Origin: Candidatus Woesearchaeota archaeon
GTDB taxonomy: Archaea > Nanobdellota > Nanobdellia > Woesearchaeales > ARS49
NCBI GenBank assembly: GCA_016203225.1
Contig: JACQNC010000008.1
Coordinates: 231 to 64,230 of the forward strand
Reading direction: 5' to 3'
DNA: 64,000 nt
Below the pieces are notes generated by a model that was not told the DNA's origin, ran no database searches, and saw only the letters and a list, made by a program, of their open reading frames with translations. The stretch's first letter is position 1; each line of letters opens with the position of its first letter. Shown piece after piece: positions 26,863 through 35,978 of this stretch. Made by a program: the position numbers and the translations under genes.

Positions 26863-27577
26863 CTTCCTGCATGGCGCGTGGCTCGACTTTCTTGCCGGTC
26901 TTCTGTTCGAGGAAGTCCTTGATCCTGTTCGTCAGGCCCCCGAGGTGCGCCTCGTCCTGGATCTTCTGGATGGTCTCGGCGGCGACGACCTCGCCTTCAG
27001 GCGTGCCGTCGATCCACACCATGCCGTTCATTCCGACCACGATGTTGATGCCGGTCGCCTGCTTGATCATGCTGACCATCGTCCCGTCCTTGCCGATGAT
27101 CCTCGGGACTTTCGCCGCGTTGACCTTGATCAGGCGGCCGCCCTTGAGCTGCCGCAATCCCGGTCCCCGGAGCGAGACGTCGATGAGTTTCTGGCTCGTG
27201 ACGTTGATGAGCTTGCACACGACGATGTCGCCGAGGCCGAAGATCTCCGCGAGGTTCGCGCCCCTACCGATGAACTCGTTCGTGGCGTCCTTTACGCCGA
27301 GCACGGCGCTGTACGGCCCGAAGAGGTCCACGCGCCAGCCCGAGAAGAGCACGTCGTTGACCTGTCCGATGACGCGGTCGCCGATCTTGGGCGCATAGCC
27401 GCCTGTGAGCGGCACGACCTTCAGTACCTTACCTTCGACGCTCAAGAGACCGACGCGGTCAGCGATTACCTTGTCGCTTTCGCGGTACGTGCCTTTGCTG
27501 GGCAGGAAGCCCATGCCTGTGGCGACGATGTCGCCGGGCACTACCACATCCCTGTCTTTCATGTGTAATGATTCCAT
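26855..27577 (-). CDS. rrp4: Exosome RNA-binding subunit Rrp4
   Basis: VVPGD, YAPKIGDRVIG (S1), KVPRIIGKDGTM...VGMNGMVWI (KH). Confidence 0.95.
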   Translation of the reverse strand: MESLHMKDRDVVVPGDIVATGMGFLPSKGTYRESDKVIADRVGLLSVEGKVLKVVPLTGGYAPKIGDRVIGQVNDVLFSGWRVDLFGPYSAVLGVKDATNEFIGRGANLAEIFGLGDIVVCKLINVTSQKLIDVSLRGPGLRQLKGGRLIKVNAAKVPRIIGKDGTMVSMIKQATGINIVVGMNGMVWIDGTPEGEVVAAETIQKIQDEAHLGGLTNRIKDFLEQKTGKKVEPRAMQEGE

Positions 27578-27594
27578 TTCTTCACCTGTGTGTT

Positions 27595-27712
27595 TGTTTG
27601 ACTATGCTTCTTTGATTCGCGTGACTTTCGCACTCTTACCGACCTGCTTGGGCACGAGCGGCCTGGGACGCGTCATGCGCCCAGCATTTCCCCCGGCAGG
27701 TTTGTCGTAGTC
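27595..27712 (-). repeat. Dispersed palindromic repeat, copy 4 (a 3' arm followed by a further degenerate copy)
   Basis: Minus strand reads CTACGACAAACCTGCCGGGGGAA...CGCGTCCCAGG...CCCAAGCAGGTCGGTA...GAAGCATAGTCAAAC. Confidence 0.8.
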
Positions 27713-28412
27713 ATTCGATTGTCCTCAATACTTTCGCCGAAACCTCTCCATGCGCGATCTTGTTCAATCGATCATAGAGATCCTGTTCCATCCCACCAGG
27801 GACCTCGAGCACGCCGCGCCACGAGCCGTCGTTGTTCCACGACTCATGGAGGAGCTTGCCGAACTGCTTCACAACAGGATACGCCTTCGCGGCGGCTGCA
27901 GCGGGCAAGGACACCTCTATCTCCTTGACCACGAACTTGATCGGCAGGATGGGTCGTAGCATCTTGAGCACGTCCTGGACCTGCATCTCGGCGGGCCTGA
28001 ACGCGTCGATGTGCGCTTTGGCCTCCTTCATCGCGGCTTCGATGCGCGTGATCGGGTGCGGCAGTTTCGTCTTGGGATCCACGCCGCTGCGGTGGATGAG
28101 CTCGATGACGCGTCGCGTCTTCTGCTCCTGCAGCTGGTGTTTGTATTCTGCTGTGAGGTTGACGTCTCCCTTCGTGACGATGTGTGTCGCCACTTCGAGC
28201 GCATCGCTCGTGCCGAACACGGCCCGCATCCGGGTCTCGGACGCAAGCATGCCCTTCCGTGCGTCCGAAAACACTTTCGGATACACGACCACGTCGTTGA
28301 TCGGTGGTGATTGCGACTTGCGGAACTGCAACGCCAGCTCCGGATGGATGACGACCTCGAAGGTCTCCGAATCTTTCTTCAGCCGTGCGACGTTGATTGC
28401 GCCGTCGCTCAT
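27711..28412 (-). CDS. sdo1: Ribosome maturation factor SBDS/Sdo1
   Basis: VARLKKDSETFEVVI, VFSDARKG, VFGTSD, DPKTKLPHPITRIEAAM. Confidence 0.95.
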   Translation of the reverse strand: MSDGAINVARLKKDSETFEVVIHPELALQFRKSQSPPINDVVVYPKVFSDARKGMLASETRMRAVFGTSDALEVATHIVTKGDVNLTAEYKHQLQEQKTRRVIELIHRSGVDPKTKLPHPITRIEAAMKEAKAHIDAFRPAEMQVQDVLKMLRPILPIKFVVKEIEVSLPAAAAAKAYPVVKQFGKLLHESWNNDGSWRGVLEVPGGMEQDLYDRLNKIAHGEVSAKVLRTIE

Positions 28413-28470
28413 GGTGCCGCCCGGGCTGTGCTTCCCCGGCTTGTCTTGTTGAGCGTTCGCATGATGCTGA

Positions 28471-29211
28471 TTACTTCTTCTTCAACGCCTTCTCGAGGTC
28501 GGAACGCTTCACTTTCGTGAATTTGTGGTCCTTGCTCGTTATGAATGCCGCGTCGACTCGTTCGACGCTGAAGTTCTTGTCGAGCACCTTGCTCAGCGCG
28601 CCCATCGCCAGGATCAACCCGTCCTGGATGGTCAAGCGGTCGCTGTACTCCTTCGCGAGGATCTCGTCGATCTCTGGCTCGCCCTCGCCGATGACCGTCG
28701 CCTTGAACTGGAAAAAGATTCCCGTGGGGTCGGTCTCGAACAGTTTCGGGCCGTCCGCGTCTATTCCTGCGATGATCAGGCTGACTCCGAACGGTCGCAG
28801 TCCGCCGCTTTGCGTGCATATCTGGCACAACGATGCCACGTCCTTGACGACTGTGTTCGTGTCGATCGACGTGTCGTAAGTGACGCGGTGCTGTTGCGCG
28901 CGCACCTGCGCGCGTTCGATCAGCACGCGGGCGTCGGACAATATTCCTGACGCTGTCGCGCCGATGTGGTCGTCAATCTGGAAGATCTTCTCGACCGATT
29001 CGGGGATTATCAATTTGTCCACGATGCGCTTGTCGGCCACGAGAAGGACGCCGTCAGTGCACACGAGGCCGATGGCTGTCGAGCCCTGTCGTACGGTCTT
29101 CTTCGCGTACTCGACCTGCAACAGTCGCCCGTCGGGGCTGAACATGGTGATCGCGCGGTCATAGCCCATCATCTGGTGCTGCATGGGCTGCATGTTCTCT
29201 TCCTTTGCCAT
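28471..29211 (-). CDS. psmA: Proteasome alpha subunit
   Basis: GYDRAITMFSPDGRLLQVEYA, RPFGVSL. Confidence 0.97.
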   Translation of the reverse strand: MAKEENMQPMQHQMMGYDRAITMFSPDGRLLQVEYAKKTVRQGSTAIGLVCTDGVLLVADKRIVDKLIIPESVEKIFQIDDHIGATASGILSDARVLIERAQVRAQQHRVTYDTSIDTNTVVKDVASLCQICTQSGGLRPFGVSLIIAGIDADGPKLFETDPTGIFFQFKATVIGEGEPEIDEILAKEYSDRLTIQDGLILAMGALSKVLDKNFSVERVDAAFITSKDHKFTKVKRSDLEKALKKK

Positions 29212-29223
29212 TGTGTGTCCTCC

Positions 29224-29424
29224 CTAATTGGCGCCGACGCTCTGCGGTTCCGGCTTCGGGCTCGGTTTGACGCGGATCTCGAGCGCATCTTGCGTCGGCG
29301 CGATCGTCGATGCCCGTTCGTACGCTGTCATCCAGCGCGCATATCGCTCCCCATCGCGGGTCAGCTTGCCTCCTGCGTACAGCAGGCGGCCTGAATTGTT
29401 TCCTTTGTACGTATCCATCTTCAC
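29224..29424 (-). CDS. Small hypothetical protein within the operon
   Basis: 66 aa, preceded by an AAGGAGTGA RBS-like sequence; fills the pop5-psmA gap. Confidence 0.5.
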   Translation of the reverse strand: MKMDTYKGNNSGRLLYAGGKLTRDGERYARWMTAYERASTIAPTQDALEIRVKPSPKPEPQSVGAN

Positions 29425-29458
29425 TCACTCCTTGACGTTTATCGCTTGTGTCGTGTGA

Positions 29459-29812
29459 CTAGGAAATGGCGTCTTTCGCCTTCGTGATGTTGCCGCTCGT
29501 CGCGAGGCTGCGCACGGTCGCGGGCTTTCCTTCGATGTCCGTGATGAACGCGAGGCTCGCCTTGAACGCGTCCACGCCCGTGTGGCTGACGCGCGCGATC
29601 CCTCTCTGTTTCGCGTTGTACAAGTCGGTGAGCACGATCAGTCCCATGGATGCGGCGCCGAGTTCGCCGACCAAACCCAGAACCGAGTGCCAAAGCGCTT
29701 TGGCCACAGAGTCTGCCTGCACACGCGTGCTCGACAACACTTCAAATGCCACGTAGCGTTTGCGTTCCCGCAAGCTGGGCATGACCGGTTTCAGCTTCTG
29801 CATAAACCCCAT
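29459..29812 (-). CDS. rnp2: RNase P protein component 2 (Pop5/Rpp14)
   Basis: PSLRERKRYVAFEV...GIARVSH...VRSLATSGNI. Confidence 0.92.
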   Translation of the reverse strand: MGFMQKLKPVMPSLRERKRYVAFEVLSSTRVQADSVAKALWHSVLGLVGELGAASMGLIVLTDLYNAKQRGIARVSHTGVDAFKASLAFITDIEGKPATVRSLATSGNITKAKDAIS

Positions 29813-29933
29813 CCAACCCTGGATGAGAAGGGAGCATATCGCGTCCTTTCTCTTGTTCGTGACTAAATATAAGGGGGCCCTTTAAAAATCTTTGGGGAAA
29901 AGGCATTTAAATGGTGCGGGAACCCCCGGAGTC

Positions 29934-30239
29934 ATGACTGACAAGCATCCGGATTTGGACCGGCGACGTGCGCGCGCCATCTCTGATGTCGTGAGCGAAT
30001 GCGGTCCTCTGGCTATGGTGGTTCGTGACCTCGGACCCGCATTCTGCGTCACGACTCTCCGGTTTGGCGGTGCATTTATGCAGAAGACCCGTGAGAACAG
30101 GAGTTTGGATGTCGGCGACGTATTCCTTTTCAGGGATTATTGCACGCATAGATTCAACCAGCAGACGGTCAGGTATGTGCGCGATGCGACCGACTCAGAA
30201 CGGGAGCAGTATTTCGGGCTCAAGAACCTAAAGCGTTGA
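29934..30239 (+). CDS. Hypothetical protein
   Basis: About 101-aa ORF with TATA-like elements upstream. No motif recognised. Confidence 0.45.
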   Translation: MTDKHPDLDRRRARAISDVVSECGPLAMVVRDLGPAFCVTTLRFGGAFMQKTRENRSLDVGDVFLFRDYCTHRFNQQTVRYVRDATDSEREQYFGLKNLKR

Positions 30240-31520
30240 TCAGTATTCGTCAAGCCCTTTCTGGGTCTTCTTCGGAGATTCCTGTGGACAGCTCTCATCC
30301 TGCTCGATCCTCAGCGCGCGGTCGCCGATGATGGGGATGCCGTACACGCCGTCATAGCCTGGCTTGACCTGGATCTGCTGGTGGCGGTTCTTCAGGATGA
30401 CGTCAGCCAGAGATGCGTCTACGACTTCCTTCAGTTGTTCCTGCGTCGCGTCCAGCAGCACCGCGAACTCCGTGCCGAACTTCTTGATGAGTGCGTGGTA
30501 TACAGTCCATGTCTTCTTTGTCGCGAGCCCGACGCCGAGCACGCCAGAGATGAGTTCGGACAACGGGATGAGGTCAGTGTGCTTTTTGGCGTGCTTGGGC
30601 TTGAAACCTTCGGGGCGGTCCGCCAATTCCTCGACCCGTGCGGCGACGCCGACTGTCACGGGTTTGCCGCACTTCTCGCAGATTCCTTTCCGACGTTTCG
30701 ATTCCTCGGGCGAATACGAGATTCCGCAGTCGCGGTGGCCGTCGAAATGATAGATGCCGTAGCCAGGATCGGTCTCGATCGTTCCCGCCAGACCTTCCCC
30801 CGTCCTTATCGCTTTCAGGATCGCCGCGTACGTTGGCTGCTTGAGCTCGAAGATGGTTGACTCGCGACCCATGCGCCACGGCCAGTACGAGTGGCTGTCT
30901 GATGACGATATGAGATTGATGCCGTCGAGCTGTGACAATCGCCAGTTCATTGGCGGGTCCGAGCTCAGTCCCGTCTCGATCGCGTGGACGTGTTTCGTCT
31001 GGTCGAGGAAGCAGTCCTTCAACGAGTCGAATCCCGACTTGCTGCCGAACACGCCGAACCAGGGCGTCCAAGCGTGAGCAGGGATGACCTCGATGTCGGG
31101 GCTGATGCGCTGCATCATGTCGACGAAATCCGCGCAGGACATGCCGAATATCGGCCGTCCATCGTAATCGATCCGTCCGCGCGCGAGCAACGCTTCCTGG
31201 ATGTGGTCGACGACCTCGAGGCTGGGCGCAAGGATGACGAGGTGCACGCGGCGCCCTTTGCCTGCCTGCGTGAAAACGAGCGAGATCTCGCTCTGCAGGA
31301 CGAACTTCTGGCCGCCGAAGGTCTGGTAGATGCCTGTGCCGTCGATCTCTGTCAACGATTCCTTGAGGTGCCTGTTCCATTGCGGGTGCTGGAAGTCTCC
31401 CGTCCCCAGGATGTCGACGCCTTTGATGCGGCCGTACTTCTCCAGCATCGGGAGAGTGAGGTCCTTGCTCGTGGCGCGCGCGTACTTGCCGTGCAGGTGC
31501 AGGTCGGTTATGAACTTCAT
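30240..31520 (-). CDS. Endonuclease Q family (PHP-domain) protein
   Basis: DLHLHGKYARATS, GTGDFQHP, IPAHAWTPW, IETGLSSD, SSSDSHS, CEKCG zinc knuckle. Start at MKFITD (31520). Confidence 0.9.
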   Translation of the reverse strand: MKFITDLHLHGKYARATSKDLTLPMLEKYGRIKGVDILGTGDFQHPQWNRHLKESLTEIDGTGIYQTFGGQKFVLQSEISLVFTQAGKGRRVHLVILAPSLEVVDHIQEALLARGRIDYDGRPIFGMSCADFVDMMQRISPDIEVIPAHAWTPWFGVFGSKSGFDSLKDCFLDQTKHVHAIETGLSSDPPMNWRLSQLDGINLISSSDSHSYWPWRMGRESTIFELKQPTYAAILKAIRTGEGLAGTIETDPGYGIYHFDGHRDCGISYSPEESKRRKGICEKCGKPVTVGVAARVEELADRPEGFKPKHAKKHTDLIPLSELISGVLGVGLATKKTWTVYHALIKKFGTEFAVLLDATQEQLKEVVDASLADVILKNRHQQIQVKPGYDGVYGIPIIGDRALRIEQDESCPQESPKKTQKGLDEY

Positions 31521-32467
31521 GTGAAGAATTCCTTGACGTTCAGCTCGATGACGAGGAAAAGCACATAGAACAGGATGAGCACGATGCCTTCCTCCCACGA
31601 GAGACCGCGTCCGCGCGAAGCCATCACGGCGAAAAGCACGACGAGGAAGATCAGGAACGCCGCGCTCGTGAAGAACAGCAGCAGGTTCGCAGTTATTGGT
31701 GTGATGACCGCGGTCACGCCGAGCACGAGCAGCGAGTTGACGATCACCGCCCCGACAAGGTCTCCGATCGCGAGCTGTGGATGCTTGAGGATGGTCGACC
31801 GCGTTCCGATGACCAGTTCTGGCAGTGACGTGCCGAGCGCGACGAAGATCAGCCCGATTAGGATGTGGGGAAGTTCCAGCTCGATCGCGATCATGCTGCC
31901 GTACTTGACCACCGCGTCGGCTGAGTAGTACAGCGCGAACGCGCCTGCGACGAAAAGCAGCACGTCCGCAACGACTTCCCAGCGCCCGACGTGGTTCTCC
32001 ATCATCTGGTCGTCCCTCCGTTCGAGGTAGAGCCAGGTCAGGTAGCCAGCATAGCACGCGAGAAGGATCACGCCGTCGAAGCGCGACAGTCCGTCGCCGA
32101 GGACCATCAGTACTAGCGGGATGACTGCGATGAGCACCATCATCCAGGCATCCCTGCGCAGGAGTTTCTCTGTGATCTTGACGCCGCGCGCGAGGATGAT
32201 GACGATGCCGCCTATCAAGGCGAGGTCCGCGATGTTGCTTCCGATCACGTTGCCCAGGGAGAGAGAAGGCTCGCCTGCGAGCGCGGACTGGATTCCCACA
32301 AAAAGTTCAGGCAGGGACGTGGCGATCGCCAGCACGAGGAACGCGACCACGAACTCGCTCAGGCGCAGGAATTGCGCGATGCGCAGGATGGACCGCACGA
32401 GCAACGCTCCGAAGAGCACCAGTCCGGCTGAGGCGAGCAGGAAGAATCCTATGTCGGTCAACACCAT
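31517..32467 (-). CDS. Ca2+/Na+ antiporter (CaCA, YrbG-like)
   Basis: ATSLPELFVG...GNVIGSN and GTSLPELVIG...GDLVGA alpha repeats. Confidence 0.92.
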   Translation of the reverse strand: MVLTDIGFFLLASAGLVLFGALLVRSILRIAQFLRLSEFVVAFLVLAIATSLPELFVGIQSALAGEPSLSLGNVIGSNIADLALIGGIVIILARGVKITEKLLRRDAWMMVLIAVIPLVLMVLGDGLSRFDGVILLACYAGYLTWLYLERRDDQMMENHVGRWEVVADVLLFVAGAFALYYSADAVVKYGSMIAIELELPHILIGLIFVALGTSLPELVIGTRSTILKHPQLAIGDLVGAVIVNSLLVLGVTAVITPITANLLLFFTSAAFLIFLVVLFAVMASRGRGLSWEEGIVLILFYVLFLVIELNVKEFFT

Positions 32468-32519
32468 ACCTTATCATAGAAAGACAATCTTTTTAAATGT
32501 TGATGCTTGCCAGGCATGC

Positions 32520-32993
32520 GTGAAAAAGACGGTGCTGAGATTCCATTCCTTCATCCGCGACCTGCTCGCGGGCTGGGTGCTGAGCATCCTCTACGTGACC
32601 GGCCTGACCCTGCTTTTCCCCTTCCTCTACTTCCTGGCGTTGCCCGGCGCGACGTCCCCTATCCTGCTCGTCACCGCGGTCGTGCTGGTCGTCCTCAGCT
32701 TCTTCGGCTTTGTCTGGAACGAAGGGAGCATAAACAAGGCATTGAAGACTCTGAGCAGGATCACGCTGATCCCGGGGATGATCGGTGTGCTGTTCTCGGT
32801 CTTCGGGCGGGACGTCATCCTGGGGTACATCCAGTCGAAGTTCGTCGCTACGCCGTCCATCTTCACGTTCGTGATATCCAACCTCGAGACCGCAGTGCCG
32901 AAGATCAGGGTCCTGACTGTGGTCTACATCCTGCTCGGCATATTCTTGTGGTTCATTGGCGACAGGTTCGAGGGCAAGAAAGGGATCATCTAG
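32520..32993 (+). CDS. Membrane protein (about 4 TM)
   Basis: Hydrophobic segments; GTG start inferred after an AT-rich promoter at ~32490. Confidence 0.6.
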   Translation: MKKTVLRFHSFIRDLLAGWVLSILYVTGLTLLFPFLYFLALPGATSPILLVTAVVLVVLSFFGFVWNEGSINKALKTLSRITLIPGMIGVLFSVFGRDVILGYIQSKFVATPSIFTFVISNLETAVPKIRVLTVVYILLGIFLWFIGDRFEGKKGII

Positions 32994-33499
32994 GCACGTG
33001 CGTGGACCGGAAGCCCCGATTCCTTCGCGACCTTCTCCGCGAGTAGCGCGCCTTCTTTGCTGTATCCCCAATAGAAAAGCGCAGGCTTCTTTGTGCCCGT
33101 GACGTTCCGGATCTGTTTGACGAATCCGCGCAATGCGAGGCCTTTCCTCCTGAACTCGGGGAGGATGACCGAAGCGCAAAGATAGATCGCCGTGAATGTC
33201 CGCTTGGTGACTTGCTTGCTGAGCGTGAATATGTCCTCCTCGCTTATCTTGCCTGATAGGAAGTCCCTCATTATGCGCGTGTTAGTCAGCACGATGAACG
33301 TGAATCCGATCACCTTCCCGTCCATCTTGATCACGTTGTCTGTCTCGGGACGGTGCAGGAAGATCCAGCGGGTCTTCTCATCTGCGACGCGCATCTGGGC
33401 GGCGTCATGCGCGGTCTTGAACGTCCGTTCCGAGAGCCGGCTCGTCTCCTGGACATCCTCGAAGGTCAGTCCGGTATCGCTCGAGAAGGTGACGTTCAT
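32990..33499 (-). CDS. GNAT-like protein
   Basis: VILPEFRRKGLA resembles acetyl-CoA-binding motif A. Confidence 0.5.
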   Translation of the reverse strand: MNVTFSSDTGLTFEDVQETSRLSERTFKTAHDAAQMRVADEKTRWIFLHRPETDNVIKMDGKVIGFTFIVLTNTRIMRDFLSGKISEEDIFTLSKQVTKRTFTAIYLCASVILPEFRRKGLALRGFVKQIRNVTGTKKPALFYWGYSKEGALLAEKVAKESGLPVHARA

Positions 33500-34485
33500 T
33501 TCAACGCTTTCCCGATCGCGCTCACGATGTGGTCGATGTTCTTCTCTTCCTCAGCCGAGGCGATGACCGCGTTCTGCATGTTCTGCGCCGCGAGCTCCAT
33601 CTGTTCGCGCGACGCGAGGTCGGACTTGTTGAGCACGATGATCACGGGCACGTCCATCGCGCGCGAGACCTCCTTCATCAGGTGTTTCTGGTCCTGGATG
33701 GAGTATCCGCACGATTCCGTGGGGTCGAGCACGAACAGCACGGCATCAGCGAGGTGCTGTAACGCCAGGATGGCCTGCTTCTCGATCGGGTTTCGCTCGT
33801 GCAACGGCCGGTCCAGCAGGCCGGGCGTGTCGATGAACTGCCAGCGTTCCTTGCCGTGGTTGCGGTAGCCGAGCATCATCTGTTTGGTCGTGAAAGGGTA
33901 TGGCGCGATCTCTGGTGCGCTGCCCGTGAGCGCGCGGAGCAGCGTGCTCTTGCCGACGTTCGGGAATCCCGCGATCACTACCGTCGGCACGGATGTCTTG
34001 ATCGAGGGGAGTTCTGTGAGCGTCCTGCGCGCTTCTTCAAGGAACGCGAAATCGCTTTTGAGCTTCTTGATGACTGAGGAGATCCTGCCGAAGAACGCTC
34101 GCTTGTGCGCGAGCAGCGCGTTCTCGTCGCGGCTGCCGCGGAACTTGTCGTTGAACTCGCGGAAGATCGCCTCGACGCGATGCGCGCCCCAGTTCACGCC
34201 GCCGAGGCTCTGCTTCACCTGCGCCGCGTCTACGACGCAACGCACGAGTTCGCGGTAGAATGGGTCGAGCTGGTCGAGTTTCGGGAACCCTTCGAGGATG
34301 AGCGTGAGGTGCTTCGTGAGCACGCGGGCGACTGTGGCTATCGCGTCGAGCTCCCTGCGCTGGATGCGCTGGAACTGCGTTCCCACGACCTTCGCTTCCT
34401 TGGCGTGGAGCTTCGCCTGGCGGAACGCTATGTCTAGGTACTCGTCCGCGGTTTCCACGTGGCCTAGGTTGCCGAAGTTCATCAT
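33496..34485 (-). CDS. NOG1/GTPBP4-family GTPase
   Basis: AGFPNVGKST, APYPFTT, DTPGLLDRPLHERN, NKSD. Start at MMNFG. Confidence 0.93.
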   Translation of the reverse strand: MMNFGNLGHVETADEYLDIAFRQAKLHAKEAKVVGTQFQRIQRRELDAIATVARVLTKHLTLILEGFPKLDQLDPFYRELVRCVVDAAQVKQSLGGVNWGAHRVEAIFREFNDKFRGSRDENALLAHKRAFFGRISSVIKKLKSDFAFLEEARRTLTELPSIKTSVPTVVIAGFPNVGKSTLLRALTGSAPEIAPYPFTTKQMMLGYRNHGKERWQFIDTPGLLDRPLHERNPIEKQAILALQHLADAVLFVLDPTESCGYSIQDQKHLMKEVSRAMDVPVIIVLNKSDLASREQMELAAQNMQNAVIASAEEEKNIDHIVSAIGKALK

Positions 34486-34551
34486 CACTCTATACCACCA
34501 TAATGCTTTTAAAGCTTCGTAGTGCGCCCGAGTCTGAAAGCAGGTGAGTAA

Positions 34552-35532
34552 TTGCCATCGAAGTATAGCACATCCCTTGACGTGAGTGAGGAATTGCAGC
34601 GCAAGCGCAAGCCCTTGATAGACGATTCTCCGGATGAGATGGAGCACTCGCTCGAGGACGACTTCAACGAACTCATCCGTCGCGAGCTCGCGGACGACGC
34701 TCCGAAGGAGATCAAGGTGGAGCCCGCGAAAGAGGTTCCGAAGGTGGAGATCTCGGATGAGAAGCGTGACGCTCCGAAGCAGGAGCCCAAGCGCGTTCCT
34801 AAGGATGTTCCTAAGCCCGAGCCAAAGCGTGCTCCTGTCGCGCGCGCTCCTCCGAAGAAAGTCGCAGAGCGCGTGCAGCCGAAGAAGGTGGAGAGCAAGC
34901 CCGAGCCCAAGAAGGTCGAGCGCAATGAGCCAAAGAGGGACCCTCGCGCGCATCCGAAGCGTCACGTCGAGCCGGCCAAGAAGGAGACGCCTCCTCAGGC
35001 CCCTGCTCCGGTCAATGGTCCTCGCACAGGTCGCTGGTTTTCGCTCATGGTACTCCTACTCATCGCGGTCGGCGCGGTGTATGCCGTGAGCGCGTTGCGC
35101 AACAGCAAGGACGCCGGAGCGCTCGGCTGCGCCGCGGCGTACGTGCAAGACCATAGCGGCGTCAGCCTTTTGTGGGCGGACGCGAACGCGGTCGAGCGTT
35201 ACTGGCTAAGGCAGGCGTTCGAGACGAGTTCCGGGCAGGAAGCAGCGGTCATCTTCCACATGCTCGCGTGCGACGAGGCATTCCTGAGCACGCTCTCGGA
35301 TCCTGCTGCGTACGTGGATTGCGTGACGCCGCCCGTCTACGTGGTGGTCGACAGCGCGACGCTCAGCGAGAATCCGGTCGCCGCTCTCGGTGCAGAGACG
35401 GTGCTCGCGCAGCTCGTCGCAGGCAAGTCCTTGAGGCAGTTCAAGTTAGCGTACGCGCTTGAAGAGCCGGGCGTCAGCGCGTGGGAAGTGACGGTCGACG
35501 CGCCGCCTAAGGCGCCCGCCAAGAAAGCTTAA
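34552..35532 (+). CDS. Type II membrane protein with K/P/E-rich N-terminal low-complexity region
   Basis: Repeated (K/P)EPK(R/K) motifs, one TM (WFSLMVLLLIAVGAVYAV), then a globular C-terminal domain. Confidence 0.7.
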   Translation: MPSKYSTSLDVSEELQRKRKPLIDDSPDEMEHSLEDDFNELIRRELADDAPKEIKVEPAKEVPKVEISDEKRDAPKQEPKRVPKDVPKPEPKRAPVARAPPKKVAERVQPKKVESKPEPKKVERNEPKRDPRAHPKRHVEPAKKETPPQAPAPVNGPRTGRWFSLMVLLLIAVGAVYAVSALRNSKDAGALGCAAAYVQDHSGVSLLWADANAVERYWLRQAFETSSGQEAAVIFHMLACDEAFLSTLSDPAAYVDCVTPPVYVVVDSATLSENPVAALGAETVLAQLVAGKSLRQFKLAYALEEPGVSAWEVTVDAPPKAPAKKA

Positions 35533-35558
35533 TATAATGTCTTCCTTCTGCGAAACGC

Positions 35559-35909
35559 ATGGCTGATTTCAAGCAAGTGATCCTCGTTCGGCAGGACCTG
35601 CAGTTGAGCAAAGGGAAGATGTCAGCGCAGGTCGCGCATGCCTCTGTCGATTGCGTCATGCTGTCGGACGCCGAGGACGTGACGCGTTGGCGCGAGCAGG
35701 GCATGAAGAAGTCCGTCCTGAAGGTCGCTGACCTCGCTGAGCTGATGCAGTACGAGCAGAAGGCGAAGAAGGCCGGACTCGTCGTGGCCGTCATCACGGA
35801 CGCGGGCCACACGCACGTCGACCCCGGCACGATAACCTGCATCGGCATCGGACCGCACGACGAGAAAAGGATAGATGCGGTGACGGGAAGCTTGAAGTTG
35901 ATGAATTAG
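35559..35909 (+). CDS. pth2: Peptidyl-tRNA hydrolase Pth2
   Basis: KQVILVRQDL...KGKMSAQVAHA...KVADL...ITDAGHT...T-x-x-GIGP. Confidence 0.96.
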   Translation: MADFKQVILVRQDLQLSKGKMSAQVAHASVDCVMLSDAEDVTRWREQGMKKSVLKVADLAELMQYEQKAKKAGLVVAVITDAGHTHVDPGTITCIGIGPHDEKRIDAVTGSLKLMN

Positions 35910-35978
35910 CGAAGTCACGGGCTGTTGTAGTGGCGTTTTTAAAAGGCTTTAAATAACGGGTTTTGTGTTCCTAGGCAA

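Noticed and set aside
27602-27676. 24-aa ORF MTRPRPLVPKQVGKSAKVTRIKEA (minus strand); also checked for L37ae
   Set aside because: It lies wholly within the repeat element, and no frame has the L37ae zinc-finger cysteines.
30240-34965. Extended N-termini in the ORF track (30240-32057, 33496-34965; likewise 21748, 38007, 61824, 11241)
   Set aside because: The extensions overlap neighbouring genes. Family motifs and RBS/TATA positions support the shorter starts given in the features.
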